A stretch of DNA of 64,000 nucleotides from an uncultured Gammaproteobacteria bacterium (GCA_964517555.1 CAZFEF010000002.1:19-64018); one strand, 5' to 3'. Numbered from the stretch's first letter, positions 18,179 through 28,281 are shown. Notes: a model not told the origin generated them from the sequence alone. Translations and numbers: made by a program.

Positions 18179-18731
18179 TCTAATTCTAATAGCGCTAGCC
18201 CTGGCCATGGATTGTTTCGCGGTCTCTTTGTCAGCCGGTGCCAACAGCCAGAAAATAAAAATAGGCTGGATTTTCAAAATCGCCGGATTTTTTGGCGGAT
18301 TCCAAGGAGGAATGTTGCTTTTGGGTTGGCTAGCCGGATCCGGTTTTCAATTCTTGATTGAAGACTTTGATCATTGGTTGGCCTTGATCCTGTTAGTGCT
18401 AATTGGTGGTCGGATGCTGTTTGAAGCCAGGAAAAAGAAAGATAAAAAAAGGATTAACTTTAGTAGCAACAAAATTATCATCTTGTTGGCCATAGCTACC
18501 AGCATTGACGCTTTAGCTGTAGGTATCAGCTTGGCCTTCTTAGCCATTCCCCTAATCTGGTCCGTGGTCATCGTAGCTATAACGTCGTTTCTACTCACTG
18601 TTGTCGGTGCTACTACCGGAAAAAAAATTGGCAGTTTCTTGGGAAATAAAGCCGAGATAATCGGTGGCCTAATTTTAATCTTTATCGGTCTCAAAATATT
18701 TATTGAACACTCAAACCTCTTGGGAAAATAG
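18165..18731 (+). CDS. mntP: Manganese efflux pump MntP family
   Basis: 188 aa. The N-terminal LALAMDCFAVS and the second-half repeat SIDALAVGIS are the duplicated MntP/DUF204 motif. Confidence 0.8.
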   Translation: MSWTNLILIALALAMDCFAVSLSAGANSQKIKIGWIFKIAGFFGGFQGGMLLLGWLAGSGFQFLIEDFDHWLALILLVLIGGRMLFEARKKKDKKRINFSSNKIIILLAIATSIDALAVGISLAFLAIPLIWSVVIVAITSFLLTVVGATTGKKIGSFLGNKAEIIGGLILIFIGLKIFIEHSNLLGK

Positions 18732-18765
18732 AAAAGCCGCTGTTGGTCAGCGACTTTTTTAGTAT

Positions 18766-19554
18766 CTATCGGTAATCCCGAATGATTTGGGCAGCTTTGT
18801 CTACCTCGTTGGTCCAGATTTTTTCCTTAAACCCAGGGACCAAAGAACAAGCTTGGCGCATATCCGGCAATTGATTAGAGATGACCTCTTTAGCCATCCC
18901 AAAATTTTGGCGAAGAATATATTGCTCAGTAGCATACATTATATACTCCAAGCGTTCAACAACCGAAAATCTCAACGCCTCACTATTTTTCTCATCAGCC
19001 AGCTGCGCTATAATTTTCCGAACTGGTTCCGGAAACGTCCCCCAGGATTTCAAAGGAGGCTTTTCGGAAATCGCCCTTCCATTTAAGGGGTAAACGAATT
19101 GGAGAACAAAAGCCTTCTGACAGAGATCAAAAATTTCCGGAGGAAGATTTTTGAAACTGTGATAAAAGGCATTATACTCTTCCAATTCATGAATCAGCTT
19201 TTTCTCGGTAAAAGGATGGTCGTTCCTGGTAATGCCTTCCCCCCAATCATGGAGAGAAAGGGCCAAAGAAAAAAGCTGATAGTCAAAACGATAGCCATTG
19301 GGCAAGAAAGGATCAAGCAGGGTGCCCATCATAGTGCCCAGAACCGGCATGGCCAAAGAATGTTCGGCTACTGTTTGCGGCCTAAATTTTAAATGGTTAT
19401 ATTCGTTCTGAGCGGGGAATTTCCACCCTTCCGGCCAAAAACGTTTCCAGCGATATACGTCTCGCAAAATTACCTGAAGCGTTTTGTTGACGCTAAACAA
19501 CCGATTGAGATGATCCCAAATAGTGGAAGCAGCTCCATAGAAGTCTTGTTCCAT
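18766..19554 (-). CDS. HD-domain phosphohydrolase (YfbR-like)
   Basis: 262 aa. TVAEHS and LSLHDWGEG match the H...HD...E metal-binding pattern. Confidence 0.55.
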   Translation of the reverse strand: MEQDFYGAASTIWDHLNRLFSVNKTLQVILRDVYRWKRFWPEGWKFPAQNEYNHLKFRPQTVAEHSLAMPVLGTMMGTLLDPFLPNGYRFDYQLFSLALSLHDWGEGITRNDHPFTEKKLIHELEEYNAFYHSFKNLPPEIFDLCQKAFVLQFVYPLNGRAISEKPPLKSWGTFPEPVRKIIAQLADEKNSEALRFSVVERLEYIMYATEQYILRQNFGMAKEVISNQLPDMRQACSLVPGFKEKIWTNEVDKAAQIIRDYR

Positions 19555-19642
19555 TATGCTCTGAATTTATTATTACGTGAATTTTAAAAAACAATTTTAA
19601 CCCCTTAGGATACAACTGATTCAATATTTTGTCAACTAAAAA

Positions 19643-19661
19643 ACAGGCCTAAGCCTGTTTT
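19643..19661. terminator. Intrinsic terminator
   Basis: ACAGGC-CTAA-GCCTGT hairpin with an A-run before and TTTT after. Confidence 0.6.
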
Positions 19662-19681
19662 AAAAGATAGACAACAAATAG

Positions 19682-20212
19682 TTATTCCAAACAACAATTA
19701 ACCGCCTTTTTAACCAACTCTCCCATTTTTCCTAAGAAACCGGATTTCTTTTGATCATGCTTATTGAGAGCCGCTTCGTCAATTTTTTTAATGTCAGCAC
19801 TGTTAATTAACTTCATATTCATTCCCCAGAAAAGAGAATAAAGGTTATAGGCTTTTTCAAAAAAATCATAAGCCTCTACCTGATTGCCCCGTCCTAAAGC
19901 TTTAGTGCCAACCTCCATCAATCTCATGGAGGCCGCCAAAAGGTGTTTAGAAATACACCAAGCTTCACCTTCATAATCCTTAATCAATTTCTTCATCAAA
20001 TCTTTTCGCATCTCCCGAGCCTCATTGATCATGTTATAAAACTCCTGATTGCCAGTTTTAGCGCCGGAGAAAAAGAAGTGTTCTTCGATACTAACCAAAT
20101 TCATCACCGCGATACTTAAGTCTTGATCCGAAGACAAATCTAACTTATTATCCTTCTTGAGATTGTCCATCTTATCTATAAACTGCTGCAATTCTTTTTG
20201 GTCAATAGCCAT
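19682..20212 (-). CDS. Hypothetical helical protein (176 aa, C-terminal CC)
   Basis: ORF only. It is the last gene of a three-gene minus-strand cluster. Confidence 0.45.
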   Translation of the reverse strand: MAIDQKELQQFIDKMDNLKKDNKLDLSSDQDLSIAVMNLVSIEEHFFFSGAKTGNQEFYNMINEAREMRKDLMKKLIKDYEGEAWCISKHLLAASMRLMEVGTKALGRGNQVEAYDFFEKAYNLYSLFWGMNMKLINSADIKKIDEAALNKHDQKKSGFLGKMGELVKKAVNCCLE

Positions 20213-20216
20213 ATAA

Positions 20217-20714
20217 TTAACGAGTTAAAAAATAAAAGAATAAACTGAAAATAACGAGAGTGGACACTGGCATCACCACTTTCTGCATGGGGAAATAAGG
20301 GCGGCCGCCATTCTTCTTCTTTAAGAATTGGTACCACCAACCAGCAAGAAAAAACATTACGCTACCTACAATAACTCCCAAGATTAATTTATCCATTCCC
20401 CAAAGACGGTTGAACGGATGCCCAACCATTTCTGTATAATACATCGGGATAATAACGATGCCGTAATAAGCTAAAAAAACCACCAAAGACCACCAAGGCG
20501 AATGAACCTTTTTCTTCTTTAACCAATCGACTGTCCAAAAAGAAATCGAAACCAATAATCCCCCCACCCAAAGACCAGTAATCGTATCATCAATTCCTAG
20601 ATAACGAGAAAGTCCGACGCCCGCACCAACCGCCACGGTACACACCGGGCAAAAAGCCGAAGCTGTTTTGGCGGAAAAAAGGAACATTAAAACAAAAAAA
20701 ATTATTTTTTTCAT
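20217..20714 (-). CDS. Membrane protein with signal peptide and CPVC motif
   Basis: The start at MKKIIFFVLMFLFSAKTASAFCPVC gives an ATGA overlap with the upstream gene. About 4 TM helices follow. Confidence 0.5.
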   Translation of the reverse strand: MKKIIFFVLMFLFSAKTASAFCPVCTVAVGAGVGLSRYLGIDDTITGLWVGGLLVSISFWTVDWLKKKKVHSPWWSLVVFLAYYGIVIIPMYYTEMVGHPFNRLWGMDKLILGVIVGSVMFFLAGWWYQFLKKKNGGRPYFPMQKVVMPVSTLVIFSLFFYFLTR

Positions 20715-21061
20715 AGGCCGAGTTTTTCTTTGAAATGATTGATAATCAAGACATCTCCCATATAACACTGTCCGGATTCATACAATAACGGTACACCGAA
20801 CTCGCCCTTATCCAATCCACATTCAGCCACCACCTCTAAAAACAGCTTGGCTGCCTCACGGTCAGTTTTGGTATTTTTTTCATATAAAGGATAATTGTCG
20901 CGCACTTGATTCTCAGTCATAAATTCTTCTACCTTTTGGCAATGTGGGCAGGAATCACTATAGAAAAAAGTGGGCTTAGTTTGGTCGATCGGAACCCGAC
21001 TACAAGCAGACAGAATTAATACTAGAGCCAAAAAGACTCCGGAAACTATAAATTTATTCAT
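20711..21061 (-). CDS. Thioredoxin/glutaredoxin-fold lipoprotein
   Basis: 116 aa with a lipobox (LILSAC) and a CPHC active-site motif. Confidence 0.6.
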   Translation of the reverse strand: MNKFIVSGVFLALVLILSACSRVPIDQTKPTFFYSDSCPHCQKVEEFMTENQVRDNYPLYEKNTKTDREAAKLFLEVVAECGLDKGEFGVPLLYESGQCYMGDVLIINHFKEKLGL

Positions 21062-21197
21062 AAAATATAATTAATTACTAAAATTAATATACCATATTGG
21101 TGAGAAAATAAAAGAGTAAGCGCTCTTAATATTGACAAAAAAATATCAACATTGTGTCTTAGTTCCACTTTAATGGCTTCAGTTTTAGCCTTTAAAA

Positions 21198-21206
21198 TGC
21201 TATAAT
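21198..21206 (+). promoter_or_regulatory. Extended -10 promoter placed for leaderless polA mRNA
   Basis: TGcTATAAT (TATAAT at 21201-21206), 6 nt, then ATG(21213). There is no SD-like sequence. Confidence 0.5.
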
Positions 21207-21212
21207 ATAACC

Positions 21213-24008
21213 ATGTCTAAATCTAAACCACGACTGATAATCATCGATGGCAACGCTATTATCCATCGCAGTTTCCATGCTTTGCCGCCAACCATGACCA
21301 CTAAATCTGGCCAGGTGGTTAACGCCGTTTATGGTTTTTCCCTATTTATTCTCAAGGCTCTTAAAGAATTCAAACCGGAATATGCAGCCGTAACCTTCGA
21401 TCGCCGCGAACCAACCTTCAGACACCAAGAATATAAAGAGTATAAAGCGACTAGAGTAAAAGCCCCGGATGAATTATACGAACAAATTCCGCTAGTGAAG
21501 CAAGTAGTGGAGTCTTTAGGAATACCCATCTTTGAATTGGCCGGCTATGAAGCTGACGATTTAATCGGAACTATTGCCAATCGAGTTGATGGAAAAACAG
21601 AAAAAATAATCATCACTGGCGATATGGACACCTTGCAGCTCATAACTCCCCACACCAAAGTTTATACCATGAGCCGAGGTCTATCTGATAGTGTTTTGTA
21701 TAACGCGGAGCTGGTAGAAGAAAGATATGGCATCACTCCGTCCCAAATGATTGACTATAAAGCTCTTCGGGGCGATGTTAGCGATAATATCCCCGGAGTG
21801 AAAGGTATCGGTGAAAAAACCGCCAGTGAATTACTGCAAAAATTTAAAACTCTGGACGGCGTCTACCAAGCCCTAGAAAAAAAGGGGGCAAACATCAAAG
21901 ACCGAACCAAGGAGCTGCTGGCGACTCATCGGGCCGATGCTTACTTAAGTCAGAAGCTGGCCGCGATTGACTGCAAAGCTCCCTTAAAATTTGATCTGGA
22001 AAAATGTCATCTGCAATCACCAGATAAAAATAAAATTTTCCAGCTGTTTAGCGAACTAGAGTTTAAATCACTAATCCCTCGCCTGGAAGAATTAAACTTC
22101 TCTGCGACCACCTCAGATGCTAAAAACCAAACTGATAAATTCACCCGCAACGCCAAACAGTTTAAATATCATTTAATCAGAACTGACAAAGAACTAAAAA
22201 CCTTAATCGCCAAGCTCCAAACCCAGAAGATGATCGTTCTGGATACGGAAACCACCTCGCTTGATCCATTAAGTGCCGAATTATTAGGTATTTCCTTGTG
22301 TTATAACGAGGGGGAGGCCTATTACTTACCTCTATATCAAAAACAGGGACAAAGCGCTCAAATATTAGCCCCCAACCTATTTAATCAGGGACAAAGACGA
22401 CACGCTTCAGCTGATCATCCTTGGCTAAAAATGTTGGCTCCTATTCTGGCTGACCCGCAAATAAAAAAAGGTGGGCACAATCTCAAATTTGATTTACGCG
22501 TCTTAAAAAACCAAGGGCTGGAGATTAAGGGGGTATATTTTGACTCCATGATCGCTTCCTATCTACTCAATCCGGAAAACCATCAGCACGGCCTAGATGC
22601 TCTTTCCTTTGGTGAATTGGGTTGGGAAAAGATAAATCATCGCGATCTTTTCGGTGAGAAAAATAAAGAGCGCGACTTCTCTTCCTTGCCGCTGGAAAAA
22701 TTATATATCTATGCCTGCGAAGACGCTGACTTCGCCTGGCGCCTAATTAAAAAATTAGAACCTCGGCTAAAAAAAGAAAAACTGTTTAAATTATTTCAGA
22801 CAATCGAGATGCCGCTTATCGAAGTTTTGGCAAACATGGAGGATGCTGGCATTTTAATCGATCCTCAGACACTAGAAAAAATGGCCAAAAACCTAAACCA
22901 AAAATTAACTACACTAGAAAAAGAAATTCATCGTCTCGCCGGCGAAAAGTTCAACATCAACTCGCCCAAACAATTAAAAGAAATACTATTTTCCAAGCTA
23001 CAGCTAGAGGCGCGAGGCATCAAAAAAACTAAAACCGGACTATCAACGGCCGCTGATGAACTAGAAAAACTAAAAGAGGCTCATCCAATCATTCCGTTAA
23101 TTCAAGAGCAAAGAGAATTGAGTAAACTGCTAAATACTTATATTGAAGCTTTGCCAAAACTGATAAATCCCAAAACCAAAAGAGTCCACACTAGCTTCAA
23201 CCAAACCATCGCCGCCACCGGTCGGCTATCTTCAACTGAGCCTAATTTACAAAACATCCCGACTCGCACCGAATTAGGCCAAAAGATTCGCACCGCTTTT
23301 ATAGCGCCAAAAGGTTATAAACTACTGAGCCTAGATTACTCGCAAATAGAGCTGCGCTTAGCGGCGGCCATGTCCCAAGATAAAAAAATGATCCAAGCTT
23401 TTAAAAACAATGTTGACATTCATACTACCACAGCGGCCGCTATTCTGAATTTGCCACTTGAAAAAATAACTCCAGCCTTAAGGCGCGAGGCTAAAGCAGT
23501 AAATTTTGGCATCATCTACGGCCAAGGGCCACATGGACTAAGCCAAAGCGCAGAAATCCCCTACCAGCAAGCCCGGGATTTCATCGCTCGCTATTTTAAT
23601 GTCTATAGCGGGGTAAAAAAATTCCTCGACCAGACCATCGCCCAAGCTAAAAAAGATGGCTTTGTAGAAACTCTCTTCGGCCGCCGCCGCTACCTGCCAG
23701 AAATAAACTCTAGCATAGTTAACCTGCAAAAGGCCGCTGAGAGAATGGCAGTCAACACCCCTTTCCAAGGCACGGCCGCCGACATGATTAAATTGGCGAT
23801 GATTGAAATTCAAAAATTAATCAAAGGCCAGGAAGATATTAAAATGATATTGCAAGTTCATGATGAACTTTTGTTTGAAATAAAAACCGAGTCAGTAGAA
23901 AAATATCTGGAGCCGCTAAAAAAATTGATGTCCGGAGTAATAGAATTGTCGATACCAATTGGAGTGGAAGCCAAACTAGGAGATAATTGGGGAGAAATGG
24001 AAAAATAA
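21213..24008 (+). CDS. polA: DNA polymerase I (5' nuclease, 3'-5' exo-like and polymerase domains)
   Basis: 931 aa. It has the 5' nuclease N-terminus (IIDGNAIIHRSFHA), LDTETTSLDP, and polymerase motifs DYSQIELR and QVHDELLFE. Confidence 0.95.
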   Translation: MSKSKPRLIIIDGNAIIHRSFHALPPTMTTKSGQVVNAVYGFSLFILKALKEFKPEYAAVTFDRREPTFRHQEYKEYKATRVKAPDELYEQIPLVKQVVESLGIPIFELAGYEADDLIGTIANRVDGKTEKIIITGDMDTLQLITPHTKVYTMSRGLSDSVLYNAELVEERYGITPSQMIDYKALRGDVSDNIPGVKGIGEKTASELLQKFKTLDGVYQALEKKGANIKDRTKELLATHRADAYLSQKLAAIDCKAPLKFDLEKCHLQSPDKNKIFQLFSELEFKSLIPRLEELNFSATTSDAKNQTDKFTRNAKQFKYHLIRTDKELKTLIAKLQTQKMIVLDTETTSLDPLSAELLGISLCYNEGEAYYLPLYQKQGQSAQILAPNLFNQGQRRHASADHPWLKMLAPILADPQIKKGGHNLKFDLRVLKNQGLEIKGVYFDSMIASYLLNPENHQHGLDALSFGELGWEKINHRDLFGEKNKERDFSSLPLEKLYIYACEDADFAWRLIKKLEPRLKKEKLFKLFQTIEMPLIEVLANMEDAGILIDPQTLEKMAKNLNQKLTTLEKEIHRLAGEKFNINSPKQLKEILFSKLQLEARGIKKTKTGLSTAADELEKLKEAHPIIPLIQEQRELSKLLNTYIEALPKLINPKTKRVHTSFNQTIAATGRLSSTEPNLQNIPTRTELGQKIRTAFIAPKGYKLLSLDYSQIELRLAAAMSQDKKMIQAFKNNVDIHTTTAAAILNLPLEKITPALRREAKAVNFGIIYGQGPHGLSQSAEIPYQQARDFIARYFNVYSGVKKFLDQTIAQAKKDGFVETLFGRRRYLPEINSSIVNLQKAAERMAVNTPFQGTAADMIKLAMIEIQKLIKGQEDIKMILQVHDELLFEIKTESVEKYLEPLKKLMSGVIELSIPIGVEAKLGDNWGEMEK

Positions 24009-24020
24009 AAAGGGGGTTAT

Positions 24021-24626
24021 TCAACCCCCCATAGATCGGATGATCCATTTAAACCTCTTCTCTACAAACCTGAGCCTAATCCGCATCTTCTTCCAAATCG
24101 GCGACCAAGTGCAGTCCTTTTCTTCGATTCCGAAGAAGCGACAACATAGCCAGTCAACCAGCCGCAGCAATGAAATCGACAACAAATTGACCGACAGGCC
24201 ATACAACGCTCCGGAAAAATAGTGAGCGACATAAACCCCAAAAGCGGCGGAAGCGATAATGAAAAAGATCTCAAATTTCAACCTCCGATAGAACTTCAAA
24301 AAAATAAGATTGACGAAACTCCAAACCCAAATAATGAGAATATCCCACCAATGGGAGAAGCAGAAGTCGGCTGGTAAGGGCAAGCGAACCAGCTCTGACA
24401 GATCGCCAGGCGTCATGCAGGGCATGACTAAGTCATTTTTAATGAAGTTTACCAGTACGATGAAAACCGCTAAGGGTAATATGTAGAGAAGCGAAAGCGT
24501 TAGAAGGGGCCTGATCTTGCGATTGTCCTCTTCTAACTGAACCCTGATTTTCCCCTTAACCCATCCGAATTTAACGGCCAGGGGAAGAAACAGGGTCACG
24601 AGCAAAAGAGAAATCGAGAAAAGCAT
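24021..24626 (-). CDS. Hypothetical membrane protein (201 aa)
   Basis: Hydrophobic ORF. I recognise no family. Confidence 0.45.
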   Translation of the reverse strand: MLFSISLLLVTLFLPLAVKFGWVKGKIRVQLEEDNRKIRPLLTLSLLYILPLAVFIVLVNFIKNDLVMPCMTPGDLSELVRLPLPADFCFSHWWDILIIWVWSFVNLIFLKFYRRLKFEIFFIIASAAFGVYVAHYFSGALYGLSVNLLSISLLRLVDWLCCRFFGIEEKDCTWSPIWKKMRIRLRFVEKRFKWIIRSMGG

Positions 24627-24704
24627 GTTAAACCCTCCTAAAAATTTATACTAGCTTGTTATTTTTCAAGAACTATTTTAAATTATAAGACTAGAGAGAC
24701 CTAT

Positions 24705-26027
24705 ATGTCAAACCAATATCAGAACCAAAGGATTGCTCTATTGGGGCTAGGGGTAGAAAACCAAGCTCTATTGCCTTTTTTGTTAAAAACTCCGGGGATT
24801 TCCATCACCATCTGTGATCGCCGTTCGCCCAAAGAATTAGGAGAAAGATATCAATCATTGGCCAAAAATCCAAAAGTTGCCTGGCGTTTAGGTAAAAAAT
24901 TCAACCAGCGCCTTTCCGAATTTAATTTGCTTTTTCGTTCTCCTGGCTGGCCCCTCTTCTGCCCCGGTATTCAAGAGGCGGCAAAAAAAGGCAGCGAGAT
25001 CACAAGCGCCATGAATTTATTTTTAGCTCTTTGCCCGAGTCGTAATATTATCGGCGTTACCGGCACCAAGGGCAAAGGCACGACCGCCAGTTTGATCTAT
25101 CACATCATCAAGCAATCAGGGAAAAAAGTTTTTTTGGGCGGTAATATAGGAGTAGCTCCATTTTCATTTATTGATAAAATAAAAAAAGGTGATTGGGTAG
25201 TGTTGGAGCTTTCCAGTTTCCAATTAGAAGATCTAAATTACAGTCCCCGCTTGGCGGTAATTACCAATATCTATAAAGAGCACTTAGCTCCGGCTGACCC
25301 ATTAAACCCCAACTATCATCGAAGTTACCAGGAGTACATTTTAGCTAAATTACGCATTGCTCAAAATCGAACCCAGCTAGACAAACTATTCTTCAATATT
25401 CATGATCAGAAAATAATGAAGAAATATCTGCTCCCTAACAGCCAAAAAGTCTTAATCCCCTTTTTAGCCTCTTCTCTGCCCAGCCAACTGATGGGAAAAT
25501 ATAACCAAGAAAATGTAGGTGCCGCCGTGGCGGTGGCCAAATATATTAAAATCAAGAAGGAGGTTGTTGCTAGGGCCATAAAAACGTTCAAGGGATTGGA
25601 GCACCGCCTGGAATTAGTTGGCAACATAAACGGCATCAGGTATTATGATAATAGTTTTGCCACTAATCCCGAGAGTACGATTATGGATCTCGATAGTTTT
25701 CAAGAACCGATAGTGCTTCTGGCTGGTGGGGCTGACAAAGGAGCTAACTTCAGGCCTCTGGCTAAAAAAATAAAACAAAGGGTAAAGGCCGTGGTACTTT
25801 TAGCTGGCGAGGCAACTCCGCGAATCAAGAAAGAACTACTAGCAGCTAAATACCCTCTTAAAAAAATCTCTTTAGCCCAAAGCATGGCCGAAGCAATAAG
25901 GTTAGCCAGAAAATCAGCTAGCAGCGGTGACATCATCCTATTATCAACCGCTTGTGCCAGTTTCGGCTTATTTAAAAACTACAAAGAGCGCGGCAACTTA
26001 TTTAAACTATATGCTCAAAAAAAATAA
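24705..26027 (+). CDS. murD: UDP-N-acetylmuramoylalanine--D-glutamate ligase
   Basis: 440 aa with the Mur ligase P-loop GVTGTKGKGTT and an overall MurD layout. Confidence 0.9.
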   Translation: MSNQYQNQRIALLGLGVENQALLPFLLKTPGISITICDRRSPKELGERYQSLAKNPKVAWRLGKKFNQRLSEFNLLFRSPGWPLFCPGIQEAAKKGSEITSAMNLFLALCPSRNIIGVTGTKGKGTTASLIYHIIKQSGKKVFLGGNIGVAPFSFIDKIKKGDWVVLELSSFQLEDLNYSPRLAVITNIYKEHLAPADPLNPNYHRSYQEYILAKLRIAQNRTQLDKLFFNIHDQKIMKKYLLPNSQKVLIPFLASSLPSQLMGKYNQENVGAAVAVAKYIKIKKEVVARAIKTFKGLEHRLELVGNINGIRYYDNSFATNPESTIMDLDSFQEPIVLLAGGADKGANFRPLAKKIKQRVKAVVLLAGEATPRIKKELLAAKYPLKKISLAQSMAEAIRLARKSASSGDIILLSTACASFGLFKNYKERGNLFKLYAQKK

Positions 26028-26838
26028 CATTATCGGCGTCTTTGATTCTGGACTAGGCGGGCTAACCGTTCTAAACGAATTACTGAAAATCCTGCCCGGT
26101 TACCACTACTTATACCTCGGCGACAACGCCCGAGTTCCTTATGGCAATAAATCTTCGGAGCTAATCTATAATTACACCAAACAAGCGATTAATTTTCTTT
26201 TTAGTCGCGGCGCTAATTTGATAATCATCGCCTGCAACACTGCTTCGGCTGAAGCTCTACGGAGCATCCAACAAAATTACTTACCCAAAAACTGGCCGGA
26301 CAGAAGAGTGTTAGGTGTCATTCGTCCAGTAGCTGAATTTGCCGCCCATAGCCAAGGGCTTCATAGAATAGGCGTAATCGGCACCAGGGCGACAGTTAAC
26401 TCCGTCGCCTATCCCACCGAAATTCATAAATTGAATAAAAAAACCAAGGTCTATCAAGTCAGTGCCCCTCTGTTGGTACCGATAGTTGAAGAGGGTTGGG
26501 AAAAACAACAGGAGGCTAAGCAAATATTAAAGAAATACCTCAAGCCATTAAAAGAAAAAAAAGTGGAGGCCTTGATTTTGGGCTGTACTCATTACCCATT
26601 CTTAATCAACGAGGCTAAAAGAATCATGGGCGCCAACTGCCTAGTCCCCCATCCGGGAAATATTGTGGCCCAAAGTCTCAAAGATTATCTTCAACGTCAT
26701 CCGGAATTGAAAATAGTGCCGACTAAAAAATCGAGCCTGACTTTCTATACCACCGACCAACCGCAACAATTTAAAAAGCTGGGAGAAAAATTTTTAAAGC
26801 AAAAAATAAAAGACATCCAGCGGGTCAATTTGATATGA
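26011..26838 (+). CDS. murI: Glutamate racemase
   Basis: GVFDSGLGGLTV, IIACNTAS and LGCTHYP are present. I placed the start at MLKKNNIIGVFDSG (26011). The track ORF begins earlier, inside murD. Confidence 0.85.
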   Translation: MLKKNNIIGVFDSGLGGLTVLNELLKILPGYHYLYLGDNARVPYGNKSSELIYNYTKQAINFLFSRGANLIIIACNTASAEALRSIQQNYLPKNWPDRRVLGVIRPVAEFAAHSQGLHRIGVIGTRATVNSVAYPTEIHKLNKKTKVYQVSAPLLVPIVEEGWEKQQEAKQILKKYLKPLKEKKVEALILGCTHYPFLINEAKRIMGANCLVPHPGNIVAQSLKDYLQRHPELKIVPTKKSSLTFYTTDQPQQFKKLGEKFLKQKIKDIQRVNLI

Positions 26839-27842
26839 TTATCTTTTTCTACGGACAAAATGATTTTAAGATGCGCCAGAAGATCAAAGAGCTGAAAGAT
26901 AAATTTTACCGCGAAGTAAAAAACAGCGACCACAGCTTAAATATTATCGACGGCGCCAATTGCGATCTAGCCACCTTAACCGCCAATCTTAGCAGCGGTT
27001 CTTTGTTCACCGAAAAAAGGATGACGATTATTGACAATCTTTTCGCCACTCACAAGCCCACTCTCTATCCTGAGGTCTTGAATTACTTACAAGAAAACCG
27101 CCTAGCAGATTCAGCAGATATTGTCCTCTTTTATGACCCCCTACTCTTCTCTGACAAGGGCCAGACATTGAAACAGGTGGGAGATAATCCTCGAGCTTTA
27201 AATAACAATGAAAAGCTATTGTTTGAATTTCTCAGTCACCAAAAATTCGTGCAAGAATACAAACCTCTAGGCGGCAACGAATTAATTAATTGGCTAAAAA
27301 CTGAAGCAAAAAATAACCACAGCGAAATTGATAGTGCCGCTGCTCAAAATTTAGTTTCCCTAGTCGGTGCTGACCTCTGGTTATTGTATCACGAAATAAC
27401 CAAGCTCTCTCATTATCAGAAAAACCAAAAAATCAGCGTTGCTGATGTCAAAAAATTCGTCTCCGGAAACTTAATCGACGAAAATATATTTGCCTTAACC
27501 GACGCCATCAGCCAAAAAAATAAAAGTGCAGCGGTAAAAATATTAGAAGAGCAGGCTCGCGCCGGCGTCCCTCTAGAATACATGCTCGTAATGATCAGAA
27601 GGCAAATCAGGATATTAAAACAATTAAAACAAGCAGACTTGGCTGGAAATACAGCCGCCGAGATAACAACCACTTTCAAACTCCATCCGTTTGTAGTAAA
27701 AAAAGGCTTAGAGCAAGCTCGCCGTTTTCCCGAGGCCGATCTAGAAAAATTGATGCAAAAACTAATGGACATTGATCGTGCTAATAAAATTGGTCAAGGA
27801 GACCCCTGGACATTAATCGACTTGCTAATTGCTGAGATTTAA
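26835..27842 (+). CDS. holA: DNA polymerase III delta subunit
   Basis: 335 aa. Size and N-terminal pattern (IIFFYGQNDF..) fit HolA, and there is an ATGA overlap with murI. Confidence 0.7.
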   Translation: MIIFFYGQNDFKMRQKIKELKDKFYREVKNSDHSLNIIDGANCDLATLTANLSSGSLFTEKRMTIIDNLFATHKPTLYPEVLNYLQENRLADSADIVLFYDPLLFSDKGQTLKQVGDNPRALNNNEKLLFEFLSHQKFVQEYKPLGGNELINWLKTEAKNNHSEIDSAAAQNLVSLVGADLWLLYHEITKLSHYQKNQKISVADVKKFVSGNLIDENIFALTDAISQKNKSAAVKILEEQARAGVPLEYMLVMIRRQIRILKQLKQADLAGNTAAEITTTFKLHPFVVKKGLEQARRFPEADLEKLMQKLMDIDRANKIGQGDPWTLIDLLIAEI

Positions 27843-27924
27843 CCCCCTAAAACCCCCTTGCTTTTTTACTGGCTTTATTATATATTTGAAAAAGCATAAG
27901 TATTACTTAGCTTTTTTATTTACA

Positions 27925-27998
27925 GGGCAATTAGCTCAGTTGGTTAGAGCGCAACACTGATAATGTTGAGGTCGGAGGTTCGAATCCTCCATTGCCCA
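27925..27998 (+). tRNA. tRNA-Ile (anticodon GAT)
   Basis: Acceptor GGGCAAT/ATTGCCC, anticodon loop CTGATAA, T-loop TTCGAAT. Confidence 0.9.
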
Positions 27999-28009
27999 CT
28001 TTCCATTAT

Positions 28010-28081
28010 AGCGGGGTAGAGCAGTGGCAGCTCGCCGGGCCCATAACCCGGAGGTCGCCGGTTCGAATCCGGCCCCCGCAA
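28010..28081 (+). tRNA. Initiator tRNA-fMet (anticodon CAT)
   Basis: It aligns base-for-base with the E. coli tRNA-fMet layout, with three G-C pairs closing the anticodon stem, A11:U24 and an unpaired 1:72 position (A x A). Position 33 is C (28041). Confidence 0.8.
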
Positions 28082-28092
28082 CAATAATTTAA

Positions 28093-28164
28093 GCCTCGGT
28101 AGCTCAGTGGTAGAGCAAACGACTGAAAATCGTTGTGTCGTCAGTTCGATTCTGACCCGGGGCA
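28093..28164 (+). tRNA. tRNA-Phe (anticodon GAA)
   Basis: Acceptor GCCTCGG/CCGGGGC, anticodon loop CTGAAAA, T-loop TTCGATT. Confidence 0.9.
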
Positions 28165-28208
28165 CAACGACCATTAAACCCATTCAGATGGGTTTAATGT
28201 TATCCATT

Positions 28209-28281
28209 CGGGGTGTAGCCCAGCGGCTAAGGCGCTTGCTTTGGGAGCAAGAGATCGTGGGTTCGATTCCCACCACCCCGA
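28209..28281 (+). tRNA. tRNA-Pro (anticodon TGG)
   Basis: Acceptor CGGGGTG/CACCCCG, anticodon loop TTTGGGA, T-loop TTCGATT. Confidence 0.9.
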
